From assembly GCF_964355755.1 (NCBI RefSeq), contig NC_092679.1, positions 6,168,201 through 6,232,200 on the forward strand: a stretch of 64,000 nt of DNA, given 5' to 3'. Of the stretch, positions 48,467 to 62,500 are shown one piece after another. A model generated the notes under the pieces. The model did not search any database, was not told where the DNA came from, and saw nothing but the letters and a program-made list of their open reading frames with translations. Origin of the DNA: Antedon mediterranea. Taxonomy: Eukaryota > Animalia > Echinodermata. The stretch's first letter is position 1. Each line of letters begins with the position of its first letter. A program made the position numbers and the translations under genes.

Positions 48467-51400
48467 TCATGGCAGATTAAACGCACTCGTAAAGAACAAG
48501 CCATGATTACGTCCCATCTTAATGATGGTTGCTGGTTGGGGTGATTGGTATGTCTTTTCGTATGTACCAGGCCCTGGTACTTTCTATAAATTCAACAAAA
48601 ATAACAATTTATGACAGTGGTATTACAGGGAGTACAGCTCCCTAGTATTATATAACAATAGCATGTCAAATATAATCGTCCACCCCTTCCTTACTTCCCT
48701 CATTTAATTGAATGGTTTGTCCCGGTTATTTTTTTCCCATTACGTTAAGGCAGAATCTATAGAGGGCCTGAATCCACACATGTATATTCATGATCTCATT
48801 GTCTGAATGTAGGCGTATATTCTGCAAATTAAGCACATACTTATTTGTTGAAGTGATGTATACATACCGTATGTGAAGTCTTGAATCGAGGGGTTTGCGA
48901 TTTGAAACTCGACGAGATAGTGGGTGCTGTTGACGGCGATGTATACTCATAATGACACGGTGCTGGGTTTTTCGTCTGAAGAAAAAATATAAATTTAATT
49001 TCCAAGTATTATTATTGTAACGACGGTAAATGGGGTCACCTTTCATTTAAAAGTTTAAAATAATTATTACATTTTAAGACAGTAAACTGAACAAAACCGG
49101 AGCCAATCAATCTAACCCAACTAACTATCCATACCTATTTACACTGTAGCCTATTTCACATTATTTTAATATCGAATGACCTATGCCCTTTCGTCTTGAT
49201 ATTTTATCACACAACGTTGGCTTGTTCGAGAGTAATTTAATTTTTTTTGTTATCAATATTTTCTGATTTTTTAATTAAAGATATATTGTCCCCCGGAATT
49301 GTTTTGTTTTGAATATGCCATTTTAATGTTACGAGGCCTAATAGTTATTCACTTTGATCAAAAATTGGATCGGAAAAAATATTGTAACCTAAAAAAAACT
49401 GTGATTCAAAGCAAAATTAGTCAAATTGGCTGCCAGCCAATGGGTTTTTGGTTGAATTTAATACAATGGCACTGTACATTCAGACATACATTGTTTAAAA
49501 TATAAATCCATTTTTACATTTATGTATTAGATTTTTAAGTTTGTGAAACGAGGCAATTATTCTCAGGAGGAGGTCGTAACGCAAGATCGCAAGTAATTTG
49601 ACCAATCACGACGCGATGGAACATCCGAACTGTCGCTTGTGATTGGTCAACTCACTTTCGTTGCCTCCAAGTGAAAACGTTGTTCAATCTCAACTTACCC
49701 CTTTAAAATATATCGTAGGAAATCGTTGACTGTTTGATTTAAATATTGCGTGTCTGTAATAAAAAGAATAAGTATTTGTTTTCAAATTTCACCTCGCACA
49801 TCAATCGCAAAATACACGCGAGCATCCGGTCAACGAATATTTAAAAAAGGTTTGTGAACTCTCGTATAGCATTTATAGTATTTAGTGACATAGAGTGGAT
49901 TATCATATCTTATTTAGCGAACGTCACTACAACTTAATGAATAATCTATTCAATCACTAGGCTGGATTTTCTTTTTGGCTTAAAGTGATGTGCATATATC
50001 GTTAAATAGCAAGCAATGGAAATTGAATATTATGTAAATGCAAATAGGAATAGCCTGCGTACAACTGTGGACGAGACATACCACAACTTTCTTCTCCCCT
50101 AATGGTCCATTGTGTCGAGTGCTGTCACCAAACGGTGCCCGTTCGTCTGTCCACAACGACAGTGGATGAATGGACTATAAGCAGGCCTACACCGGGGTAG
50201 CCCTAACCCCACTCTTCCGAAAGATGCACTGGGTTCTTTAAAGTACGAGCCAGGTGTGGACCTCTAGTTTAAAGTCGTTATCCGAGAAGACTTGTTCTAT
50301 CACCAGAAAAATGGTCGAGGAGTGACTTAAACCTGTGCTGATTTTATAAGCACGGTTTGCGGCGGCCGCACCTGCCTTACCGCTCGGCCACATTGATCAT
50401 CGCGCGTTGTATAAGGCCTACATACACTTAGCTACAGTAAATAATACGCGATCGAAATCAATAAAATGCCCTTGTAAAACTAATTATTGTGTTCACTCGC
50501 ATATTAGACAAAGTGAGGGGTAGCCTGCAGCAAACTTTATTAATTTCTCGAATCTATTAATATCTAGGTTAAGCCTTCTATGTTGCTTGACTTCAGACCA
50601 CAATAAGCTCAATTAAACCAGAATAGTCTAACGAATGAAATTATTAGTCTTCACAATCGATCCTTGTGATTTACTAGAAAACAAGTAAATATAGGCCTAC
50701 CAACAGAGGCATAAGACGTCTCGACGCCAACATCATTTTGCCAATTGCCTGAAGTTGGCACCGCGTAACGTAAGGACTTAAGCGCACCACAGGTAATTTG
50801 ACCAACCAAGAGCGAAATGTCGGATGATCCATCGCGTGGTGATTGGTCCAATTAAATGCGTTGAGTTTACGGAATCGTTTGCGTATGCCTACTAGCCAAT
50901 TTGGACTGTGATAGCATCACTTCTCTGATTTAGCGTAGTAGTCGACGAAAAGGTTAATTTAGCGTCACTTGTTGTAGACATGACCTTTCTTTTGTTTTTT
51001 CTTTACTTTCATCTCCACTCACAGAGTCGATTGGGTATATACTGTGCATTTCAAACAATGTTAATTTTTAGATTAAAACATTTTTATTACGCACATGAGA
51101 ATAACTCAACACATTAACACAAGAATAACGTATATTTTACCTACACATAAATTATAATTATGTCCGCATATTGTTACTGAGGACAGCACAATCAGTAAGA
51201 ACATTACGGTTGTAATGTAATCCGGGGCATGATGTGACATTGTTTAAAACGGTTCTTTCTCACTAGGACGCAACGCAGGCGAGTTGATCAATGCCGAGCG
51301 ACAATTCGGATAATCCATGATGGCTTGTGATTGGTCACATTACTTGCGTCGCGCTTACGTTCTTGCGTTGCGTTCTAGTGGGAACCAATAAAGATCATCA

Positions 51401-54400
51401 TCATGACCCGTTTTTATTCGCACTATGTCTACTTACTTAGTGGGTGATTTATGTGTTGAGAGCGTAAGGTATTTTTCCATTGGATATTCAGTTGGACAAA
51501 CGTTGATATCCTGACAAAAGAACATTTGAAAATCTTATTTTTAATCATCTTTATTTGCTAAATAAATAAATAATAAATAAATAATAAATAACAATGTCTC
51601 ATTATCAAACTATGGGTAAGGTGTTGGTTGAAAACACTTTAGGCGTGTTGGTTGCCCTTGCTTTTTGTCCGAACTCTGTTTCAATTTTAAGATGAATATT
51701 TTTCCTTTACCAGTTTTTACCATCAAATTTGTCATAATTTCTGTGTAAACCACGACAAAACGGAAATTACAACTAGCAATGATAATTACAGAACGAATGT
51801 ATTGACACTCGGCAACATTGTGTGTGAAAGGTGCCTTAAGTTAAATATCTAATATTGAATGATTACCTTATCCTTAAAACCTGGGAGCGCTGTTCGTTCA
51901 GTATTGTTAAATGTGTAAGTCATATGCTTCTTGTCAAGTTCGTATGCTAGATCATGTTGCTCATACGCCCCTGGAAGCAAGATGGCACCTCGCTTCTGTT
52001 TTACCGGTCGTTTTCTTCCTTCAGTCTTGAAAGTACACGAGGCATCTTTTGTTTCAAGATCCATCAAGAAATCCCTCGACTCGTATGCACCTGGTACTGG
52101 GGTCTCCTGAACATTACAGTAAAAACTAGATTGATATTGTTTTATCATTATTTATACGCGCGCGTTAAATTATGTCTGTGATGTTACTTGATCTCATCCA
52201 TTCAGTTTTTTTTCTTCAAATTAACCTAATTAAGCTAACCTAGTTTTAATTTTTTTTAAACAGCTAGTTAAAAATAAAAGTTTACAATTATAAATGTGTG
52301 TGATCCGCTGGGCATTAATTGCGTGCTAGCTTATTAAAAAACCTTTCACGTCGATTGTTAATTGGTTAGCCTACTTTGCCGAAAGGTCGTACTGGAAAAG
52401 ATTACGTTGTCATTATTATTATCATTATTGATGTTGTTAATTGTTTTGGGAAAAGTACGTAGATTGATCCTCCCATTTTTAAACAAACAAGAATCGCTTT
52501 TGAAAAATTAATGATTCCATATAGGTTTTAGATAAGGTTTTCAAACTTTATAGACCCGGATGTGAAGCAAATGTTGCGTAGGTAGGTAAGAAGACACACG
52601 TCCTGATTGGCCAGAATTACTTGAGGAGCGCTTACGTCATTACGTTGCGTCCAAGCAAGGCTATCAAACCTTTGTCCAAGAGGAGGAAAGAAGCTTTACA
52701 AGGAGAGAGCGCGCAAGAGTTTAATCCATGTGTTTGGCCATGCCCTATACGCGCGGGAATGGATTAATTAAACATCTCAATGGATCATGAAAACGTAGCA
52801 AATATAGCTTAACTTAGCTTAGTGGAGATTTACTGTAATAAATAAATGCATCAATTGTTGATGATGTTGTTGAACCAGTATTTACATTGCATGTTCCCGG
52901 GAGATTCGTGACGTCACTATGTACTTTGATTTCAGTACCGTTAATGTATTGGATTTTATCGCAGCAGACGATACGGCTGCTCGTCTATGATTGTACATAC
53001 CGCCTGTATATATTTACATACGATTTACTTATGGTTAAAACTATATTCGTAATAGAAATTTTGGAATTAGACATTTTGCTAGATTTGACTGGGGAAGCAA
53101 AACCTACGCGTGGGAGAACCCGCCATCCACCTTTTGAGCTACCTGTTCGGGCTTACGTACTTACCCTGGTTTATAAGTTGGTGCTCCAAATCTGCCACCA
53201 AACGATGGTTGGTCCATGAAGCCAACTTACTCGAGTACTAAGCCTTTTTAGAGGGTTATGTTGGTAAAGGGGAACCGAAATTTGGTAGACATCCAGACAC
53301 TATTGGAACCACGCCCGATAAGATAAAATGATGACGTCGGTAAAATAATTTATTCAATTACTTTTTTCACCGTCATTCTGGTATTCATTGTTTTGTGTTC
53401 TTACCCTGATAGTCGATCGCCACCAATCTTCACGACCCGATACTTGACCCTCATAATTCTCCTTTAAACTCTTTCTATCCTGAAAGTATAATATTTATAT
53501 TGCATAATTTGCTACATATTTAAAAACTATCCATGTTAGCTTCCACAGTCCCTATCCATGTTAGCTTCCACAGTCCCACCCAATTTCACTTGTGTTCGTT
53601 CCTCAGTTTCCTGGACCTTCTACATTCGTCGAGAATACTTTTCAGAACACCCACGTGTTACGTGTACTGCAAACTTTATATCAACGTAGTAATGGAAAGG
53701 ACAAGCGTGATTATAATTATGTAGACGAAATTGTCAGTCAGTCAGTTTGAAAGGCATTCGATCACAAAGCTTTTGAGAACTGATCAAAAAGGGTAAAATA
53801 ATATGAAGGGTTTAAACATTTGAAGAGTATAGAATGTTGTTTGTTGTGATGGAACCCATGTTCAAGAAATTCTCGTTTGTACTTGAACTTTCCAAGAACG
53901 AGACAAACAGCTATCTGGTGCGATTAGTTTTGCTTAAGGATTGTCATTAAGCTCTTTAAATGCTGTAATCTTTGTTAATAGAAATTGTTGATCATTTATT
54001 ACGCTTAAAAATGTATTTAAAGCAAACTTGAACATTCTCGAAGAAGTTCTTCAATATTTTACAATACGATTAACAATTTTAGTGGTGTCTTCACGAATCC
54101 GGGGAGGAAAAGAAGTCGGGACTGGAATTTAATGTGTGAATCCTAAAATTGGCCCGGATATGGGAATACATGAAGGGTGTTAGTCATGGAATGCAAAGTA
54201 ATTTTGGAGTTTAACGGAAGTCTAGGAACGGGTACAAATCCAGCGGATTGGCACGTATGCATATCGGCAGACACGGAAATTGCGTTTTTTTCTTCACTTA
54301 ATTTTTGAACAAATACGCCTATATCGGTAACTTAAACAGTGGCAGTGACTATACGGATAGCAGCCCTGTAAAAATGGTATATTATTGGGCATATTTAGGC

Positions 54401-54652
54401 CTAGTGCCGTGTATTCAATTCGTGCATCGCGTAATACGATTGAAATAAAATGTTACGTATTTTGAAAAACTTTACCCTTTTAGGTGTAGGTCGATCATAG
54501 ACGGATACATACTCCTTCCTCATATTCGGTGTTTTAGGTGTAGCTATAGTAGTATTTCTTGATTTTCTTCTCGATGATTGTTTCGATGTTTTCCCCTTAC
54601 TGTCATCTAAAGTTGCGCTAACCTTCCCCGTCGACGTAGCCTCCGGTGCCAT
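48467..54652 (-). CDS. STPG4: Sperm-tail PG-rich repeat-containing protein 4-like, about 281 aa, 7 exons
   Basis: Exons 54652-54476, 53479-53405, 52106-51867, 51510-51437, 49753-49699, 48975-48868, 48583-48467 (846 nt, GT-AG, phases compatible). Motifs REDWWR, ETPVPGAY, TFKTEGRK, FKSNSQRFPTIYF, SSFKSQTPRF, KVPGPGTY, TIIKMGRNHGLFF. Confidence 0.9.
50180..50390 (-). mobile_element. Nin/Deu-type SINE, degenerate copy
   Basis: GGGTTCTTTAAAG...TTATCCGAGAAGACTTGTTCTA shared with 12943-13312. Confidence 0.65.
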
Positions 54653-55049
54653 TATAGGCCTATTACAGACTCACTATTTGTGTTATATATTATTTTATTA
54701 TTACAGATAGGCTGTATATATATACAATGGCGATAACAGCTTAGTTATATCTATCACTGCCTGCAAGGTATGACCCCCTCGTCATGGCAACTATATACAA
54801 TGTTCTTTATGTCATTCTAATCCCACAGCAGTTACAGGACATTGTTTTCTGAAGAGGCTATTATATTATAGTTTCCGTCTGGTCATTGAAGCGTGTTAAT
54901 ATTTAACAAACCTACGGATACACTCTTATATATATTTAATGTCTATGCAGCAGACGTCAATATTGAAACTAGGCATTGATTTTTAATCACTTCCTGAGTT
55001 TACCTGTTGAGCAGAAACACCTGTTTCAATTCAAATTTTATTTACTTAT

Positions 55050-55715
55050 AACAAAATATATCGAAATCAAATTAATTAATAATATCGAAGATAATAAAAA
55101 CCGGAGCCGGTGTGATGCACTGGAAATAAAACGTTGTTTACAAGTAAATACAATGTATTTGTATTTATTGTATTCATATTATTTTTGCCGGAAAAATATG
55201 AATACAAAAACAAAAGATTATCATAGAGACAACAGATCGTGTAGGAGCCAAATACATTGTATTTATTTACTCGCCACTCACCAAATATATCGAGATCAAT
55301 AAAATTAATTAAATTTAAAATTTATTTGTATTCATATTTTTGCCGTATTTAATACGGACAAATATAAATACAAAAGATTATCATAGAGACAACAGATCGT
55401 GTAGGAGGCAAATTAAATACATTTTATTTATTTACCCAAATATATCGAGAAGAATAAAATTAATAATATCGAAAATGATAACAATCTGAGGCGGCGCGAT
55501 ACACTGAAAAGAAAACGTTGTTTACAAGTAAATAAATACGGAAAAACACAAACACAAAAGATTACCATAGAGACACAAACAGATAGTGAAGGAAGAAGAT
55601 TCAACACATTGTATTAATTTACTCCACTCAACAAATATATCGAGATCAATAGAATTAATTAATACTGATATCGAAAATAATAAAAATCGTAGGCGGTGTA
55701 ATACACTGGAAAGAA
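55050..55715. repeat. Degenerate AT-rich tandem repeat, ~150-230-bp units
   Basis: Recurrent blocks AAATATATCGAGATCAATA, ACACTGGAAA..AAAACGTTGTTTACAAGTAAATA and CAAAAGATTATCATAGAGACAACAGAT. Confidence 0.75.
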
Positions 55716-55759
55716 AACTCAAAAGTTTGCTTTATCTAACCATAATAGTAATAATCAGT

Positions 55760-55972
55760 GGGGTTAGAGATCTTTTAACGTTGCAGCCCCAAGTGTATGG
55801 AAGAACAGTTTACCAGCAACAGTTAAATGCTCCACTAGTCTGAACAGTTTCAAGACCAACCTGAAGACGTCGCTATTAGCTGATGTACTCGCAAGTTGCT
55901 AATGCACAAAGCGTCGTGAGCGCCACATGGGTGGGGACACCGGCGCTATACAAGTTTTCATTTATTATTATT
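55760..55972 (+). mobile_element. L2-like LINE 3' fragment
   Basis: RSFNVAAPSVW-like remnant, then GGCGCTATACAAGT and a (TTA)n tail. Confidence 0.6.
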
Positions 55973-56822
55973 CTTAGTATATTTTAATAATCAAAAAAAT
56001 GAATACAAATTCTGTCTTTGTTTTAATAAAAGGTTTTGTCATTTAGTATGGCATAATTAAACCAATATTTTTAAAAATCCATTCTTCATTGACTGATATA
56101 ATTCCATGTAATAAAGTATATTTTAGTAACATTTCATTTCCAAGACAACTCCAACCACAAATGCACCTTCAAGTCCTATGTTCTTATGCTCCATTTCAAG
56201 AGATGTCCAGTACTTATAATAAATCGTCTAAAACTAAACTATTTGACAAAAAAAAGGGTGATGTGCCCAAATATGGTGGTGATATGACATCATCATCACA
56301 TTTTTTTTGTCACAGTGTGATAGTGTAGACAGAGCTTAGCCTACTACTGTCATGACTTTGGTTGCACTCCCCATTTTTCATAATCATTTGTTCTTGCATC
56401 TTTTATTCCACCATATTCTGCTGTTTTGTAGAAAACTATAAGAAATTAATGTATCATTATATCATAATGCTCTGTTTTGTTTGCAAAATACCAATTTCCA
56501 TATAAGGTACATAGTAAATAAGTATTACCTCTTTTAGCCAAGTATCTAAAATTCACTTTTTTAACAACATCTAATCACAGTCCTTAATCTCTAATTTTAA
56601 ATTTTATGACCAATAAAAAACACAAATCTATTATTCATTCATTTAATAATCAATTATTCATCATATTGTTTAAAATAAATCTTAAAATGTTATTACTGTA
56701 CTTACTTTCTAAAACAAGCGGAAATGTTTTGTGCATATATTTTCTGTAATCTATAATTAAAAAGCGAATAGGAATTTATCAACAATCATTCAAGAAAATG
56801 GAAAATAGTTGACATTATAAAT

Positions 56823-58087
56823 ACTAGATGGTACGCGAGCGAAGCGAGCGTACCATCTAGGTCGTGCCCACAGATGGTTCGCGAATACACAGTAATTTCA
56901 GCGTCACAAAACTGGCGATTTCAAATGTACGTTCCGCAGGACTATAATACTATAATTGTCGTTTACAGAAACGAATAAATAGACACGATGATTTATGTAG
57001 TCAACTAAAATTAGCACCCTGGAAATTACTTCCGAAGGAGAAACTTATCACAAAATGAGTCCAAATTTTTGATTTGGACTCATTTAAAGAAACCCAATTT
57101 GTGTTTTGTATGTAACATTAGGGTTGAGGGATGGGAAAGCGGATAGTGTACAAAAAGGAACAATTTTTAAATATATTCTTTATCCACTCAGTAACGAAAT
57201 ATTTTTTTCATGTTTTATACGCCTATAAATAATATACCTCTAAATACAGTAAAACATTTGCGATTTAATACTTTGTTAAAACTGTCACTGTCATAATCGA
57301 TTGAAATATTAAAGTACATGTCACGATACACCACTACGACGTTTATATTGTTGGTAATTATTAATTAATACAAACGTTGAGAAGGAACTGTCAGTATAAA
57401 GTTTATGTGTATATAATAATGTGTTTATATATCTAACAGTAGAGCCTATCCACAATCTCAGTAATAACGTTTATTTGTATATATTTTTATATTACATCCA
57501 ACAGTACGAACATTCACAGTAAGAAATTTTCGATTCAAATGAGGATCAAAAATAGTTAATAGGTATTTACAGTATTGCTAAAGTTTATTCTCAAAGGGCC
57601 CATATATTTACCTACCGTATGTGTTAAACCAAGGGCTCATAAATTTACCTACTTGTGTTAAACCAAACTCTGGCAGACTGAGAGATTGGGATGTTCCATT
57701 CATCGCAAATCAATACATTTGTATAATCGTATATTAAATCTAACAAAATAGTATTTTTTTAAGAAAATCGGCCTGTCTTCAACATTATGATGCTGTACTC
57801 TAGCTGTTCAACCGGTTTTCAGCTATTAAAAACAATTATCGTAGGAGGAGATAGGAAAATGCGAAGCCTCCTCGCATTTTTGTGGCGGGTATTTTTCAAG
57901 ACGGACATCCATTAGACAGTGTATACCACGATCGGAAAACACCCCTATTTGGGGCAAATCGTTGAACCTAAATTCGTTTTAATCGTCAATAACTAATTAT
58001 CTAACTCAATTTAATTAGTAAACAGGGTTACATCAGGTGGTTAAAATCAGTACCGAAAGTACGAACCAACTTTATATACCATCGAGT
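56823..58087. mobile_element. Helitron/Helentron-like non-autonomous element
   Basis: Terminal hairpin CTAGATGGTACGC-gagcgaagcga-GCGTACCATCTAG (56824-56860). Matching subterminal IR TACCATCGAGT followed by an A run at about 58077-58092. Confidence 0.5.
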
Positions 58088-59146
58088 AAAAATTCTAGAA
58101 GTAAGGCGCGATTTACCGAATTTTGCCCTTACGTAAATTTATATATAGATGAAAAGGAGTAATTTGCTTAAATTAGTGATAGGTTCTATATAGAACTATG
58201 AAAGGGAATTGGTGTCAAAAGTACATTTCATTTTAGCTGTCAAAAGGGGAGCATGCATGCCCAAAGTGCAACCCTACTGGATTCGTGCCTCAAAATGATG
58301 TGATTGATTGATTGATTTTATTCGATATTTATAAAAATAGTTAAAACATACAATGTACATATGTATGTATGTGTATTGTTTTCAAGATAGATAAGGTTCA
58401 CCTTGGTTAATGTTCATCTTGTGCCAGACATAATAGCCTCCTGCCAGGGCAGCCAATTCTACATATATAACATACTTCATCCCATTCCAAATCCTTCTCC
58501 CTCTTGACATTGTCAAACGATCACTAATATACTGTAGTATACAAAATCTGAAAATGTTTTATAGTAATTATAGAAACCATTAGGGACTTAGGGGTTGCCA
58601 CATGTCCACTAGTCATTGCTTGACTGGTTCTGTAAGTTGTTTTTCTTTTTTGTCAATTTTGACTTTTGCTTTGTTTTTTTATTATTGTTTTGGACCTTAA
58701 TATAAATAACTATTTTTTGATAACCTATCATTTCTAATAAAACAATGATCTCCCCAATTTCAGAGCTGTGTGCTTCTACACTGTGTATTTTTTAAAGGAC
58801 CGAATAATAAAATATAAAAAAGGAACGAAACGACCTAGAGAATTGAGGACAGTCTAGTGCTTTGTCGTCAGTGTGACTGAATGAACACATGGCATACACA
58901 GTAGAGCCTAGGCCTATATAAAAACGAACTATAATAGTGCATAAACACATAAAATATTCATAGAATAGTGAATTTGATATATAAATATATATACTCAATT
59001 GCTCAATTTATTATGAATTACTTAAAATAGAAAAATATTTAATAAATCAACTTTACAGTAAACTGTTGGTTGTGTACTTTTTTTCACAAGTTTTCTTATT
59101 TACAATTTGCTGCCACCAACGTATTACAGCTAGCTGTATATTATAT

Positions 59147-59469
59147 CAAAGAACTTATAACACAAGAATCTCCTGTTCTTCAATTTGCATTCAAAACACA
59201 GTATCGGAAGTACAGGGTTAAAAGGTCAAACTGGGCGACGCCATTTCACAGCATGGAGCAGCGCCCCCTCCAAACTAGGAAGTCAATTACTCTACCCCCC
59301 TAGAGTATTAGCAGAACCCCTCTATGATTTTGACTTTCTAATTTGATGCGGGCGCCCTACTCCATGGCTCACAATGGCGCCACCCATAGCTCTATTCTAT
59401 CCCACAATGCCTTTCGAAATTGTTACGCGCTTCGGACGAACAGGAGATTCTTGTGTTATAAGTTCTTTG
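59147..59469. mobile_element. MITE with 32-bp perfect TIR just upstream of SLC30A6
   Basis: CAAAGAACTTATAACACAAGAATCTCCTGTTC / GAACAGGAGATTCTTGTGTTATAAGTTCTTTG, flanked by AT on both sides. Confidence 0.8.
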
Positions 59470-59598
59470 ATTATATATAAAGTTATTTTTACCAACTTTC
59501 TTTGCGCGTTTTGATTGGTTTATGATTTGTCTTACACCGAAATTCAACCAATCCGTTGTTCTGTTTTATGAGGATTTTTCATCAATGATGTGAACAAT

Positions 59599-62500
59599 AT
59601 GGCTTCCGATCGACTGACTTTTAACGTAAAAACATCCACGTTGCAGAACCAAAATGAACGGTTTTTAAATAGAAAAATTACATCTAATGCAATGGAAAAT
59701 AACTTTGGACATACGGCGTATGACTCAAAGAAAATGGACGGGCTAGTGGCGTTGGATATTGACGCTCCAGACATTTCCATGGATATAGCCTCGACTGCAG
59801 GAGGTGGAGAGTACGTTTCAGCCGGTGAGTCACTGCTCGCGGCCGGGCTACTGGCCAAAAGGTTAGCCTAGGCCGTGTTGATTATGGCTTGACAGCTTAG
59901 TATATAGAATACACTGTTTGTGTTAGACGTCACGCTTCGTAGACCTACTATACTAACTGTAGCCGAGGCTAGGCCAGGCTAATAATATTATTAATTAATA
60001 AAAAAATTATTAATAAAAAATAAAATTGTAATTTTTAAAGCTAAGTTTAGTTTCAAGTTTGAGTTTGTAATTTATTTAGTAAATTTGTAATTTTGTAAAT
60101 GTTGTTAACTTGCCACTGTAAACATCTTAAGTTAATGACATTTTCCCTCTCAGTACAGTCAGATAACTAACAATGTAATAATAATTTAATAATCATTATT
60201 GACATTTCAATAACAGATCTGAGACAACGAGGTACAACCATCGCTTCTTCTAAAGGTCAAATATCAGGAACAATTCAACCATTCTCAAGAGGCCAAAGTG
60301 GCTTGATTGGCAGGGTTTTGCAGGAATGGAAGTCATTGGCAGGTCAGGCACAGGTAAACAAACAAACAAGTGTGGAAATAAAAGTAGATACATAATTTAT
60401 TAACTACAGTGCTATAGCGCTTGAGATAATAGAACATACATTTTTAATGTATGCATTTATGTGTTTTTTGTGATAACTTTTTGCGTGAAAGTAGAGGATC
60501 AAAGATGGTATATAGTGGCAGTGTAATCTACCACCCTAAAAGCTCCAAAAGCTATTTTATGTGTCCATATACTTTTCAGAGAAAAAGAAAACAAGACTAA
60601 AGATGTATTATATTTTTTTTTTGTCTTGTGTTTTGCCCCACTTTTATTTTAATTCTCTGTTTTATATTATATAATATTATATATAAAAATAAAGGTACAT
60701 GTCATGTTCAGATGTATTATATTTGATGACACTTACAGTATATTTATTATCTTTCAGACCAGAAGACTTGCTGCTGTTAGTATATTCACAATGCTTTGTA
60801 TATTAATCTTATTAATATGGTGTAATTCAACAGGCAGTATGGGTATGGACATTTCGAATTATATTATTATAATCATTTTATACACAATCAACACATAGTA
60901 CATGAAAGAGAGACTAACATAACAAGAAGACACACTGTCTAACATAAAATAAGGAAGTGACTATTTACAGCCCTGTTCCCTAAAGCTCTGTCTACACTAC
61001 CAAACTAGCTTGACAAAGTTTGATAGGTTAGACAGAATTAAGGTGCATAGTCGACATTACCTACATCAAACAATGCATTTGACGCAAGGTTGACATTGCT
61101 GAGGTGGAGAAACAATTAATATAATGCCGATAGCCACTACATAAAATATAACCTCATTTGTATATCAATTATAAAATAATATTTAAAAAAAGACCTATAT
61201 AAAAAATATTTTTATTTGTTTTTTTTTTTCATCATTTTGTTCTTATTTTGCAGCATTAACAGCATATACAAATCTACTAATCTTTGACCTAACCTATCTT
61301 GGAACAGCTTTAGTTAGTATATGGGTGAGGAATCAGACGCCTACGTCGTCATTTTCATTCGGGTAAGAAGAACTATTTATAGATGCTTTTGTTTTGAACA
61401 CCATACCTTATTTTGGAAAAATGTGAAATGCCCATATATATATATACAGTCGACTCCGCCTAAGTCGAATCTAATGGGACCGGTATAAAAATTCGAGTTA
61501 CGCGAACTTCGACTTACAGATTTGCAAAAAAAAATCTAGGCCTAGCCTACTACTAGCCGCGCTATGGCTAGGCCTAGTAGGTACCCTGTCGCGATCGCGG
61601 TTCACGCGATGAGCCTTCTTGAATTGAGTTTGCTTAGCTTGCTAGGCCTAATGCTAAGCCTCTTTTATCGGCAATGATAAACTGTATTTTCTTTTATTGT
61701 TTAGGCCCGAAACAATACGAAAACGTATAATAAATACATTTCGATTTCGAAATCGGTATCCATTGTTTATTGCCATCTGTCTAGCACAAAATGGGTACCC
61801 ACAAAACGCCGCTCAAGTTCTCAACTCTGAAACAACTCATACACTATACACTAGCGCAAGTTGTAGGACGCCGCCTATACTATACAACCTGCTTGAGAGA
61901 ACCGATATGGTCCCACATTATCTCCTCTGTCGTTTGTTTATCGAATTACGTACATTTCATCAGGGTTTTTAGCGCGTTGTGTTGCCACGTGATTTGTGAC
62001 TTCGACTTATACGATATAAATCACTAAAGAATGTGTGTATTCGGACCACAAAAAGACGTCGACTTAGACGAATTTCGACTTAGAAAAATTCGACTTACAA
62101 ATAAAAATGACACAGTAATGTATAGGAAAGAATTGGGACTTTCATAAAAATTCGACTTTCGCGATTTTTTGACTTACGCGAATTCGACTTAGGCGGAGTC
62201 GACTGTATATATATATATGAGTTCTTATTACCATATTTGGGCATATCACTACCCTATTTGGAAAAATGTTTGTAAAACTAGTTTGATAGTATAGACAGAG
62301 CGTAATTAACTTGTTCAAGAGCATGTTTTGTCAGATTCTTGATTACAAACTATTGATTTATTGTGGTAAGCGTAGTGTTATGTCGTAGTGCCATTGAATT
62401 TTTCATTTATTAAGCTCTGTTTACACTAAGTATTAGTATTTATGTGATGGGTCCATATATGGACATGATGATGTCATATCACTACCACATTTGGGCACGT

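Noticed and set aside
53540-54368. Possible hAT or transposase remnant in STPG4 intron 1
   Set aside because: One CAGCCCTG end only, with no matching TIR or recognisable protein motif.
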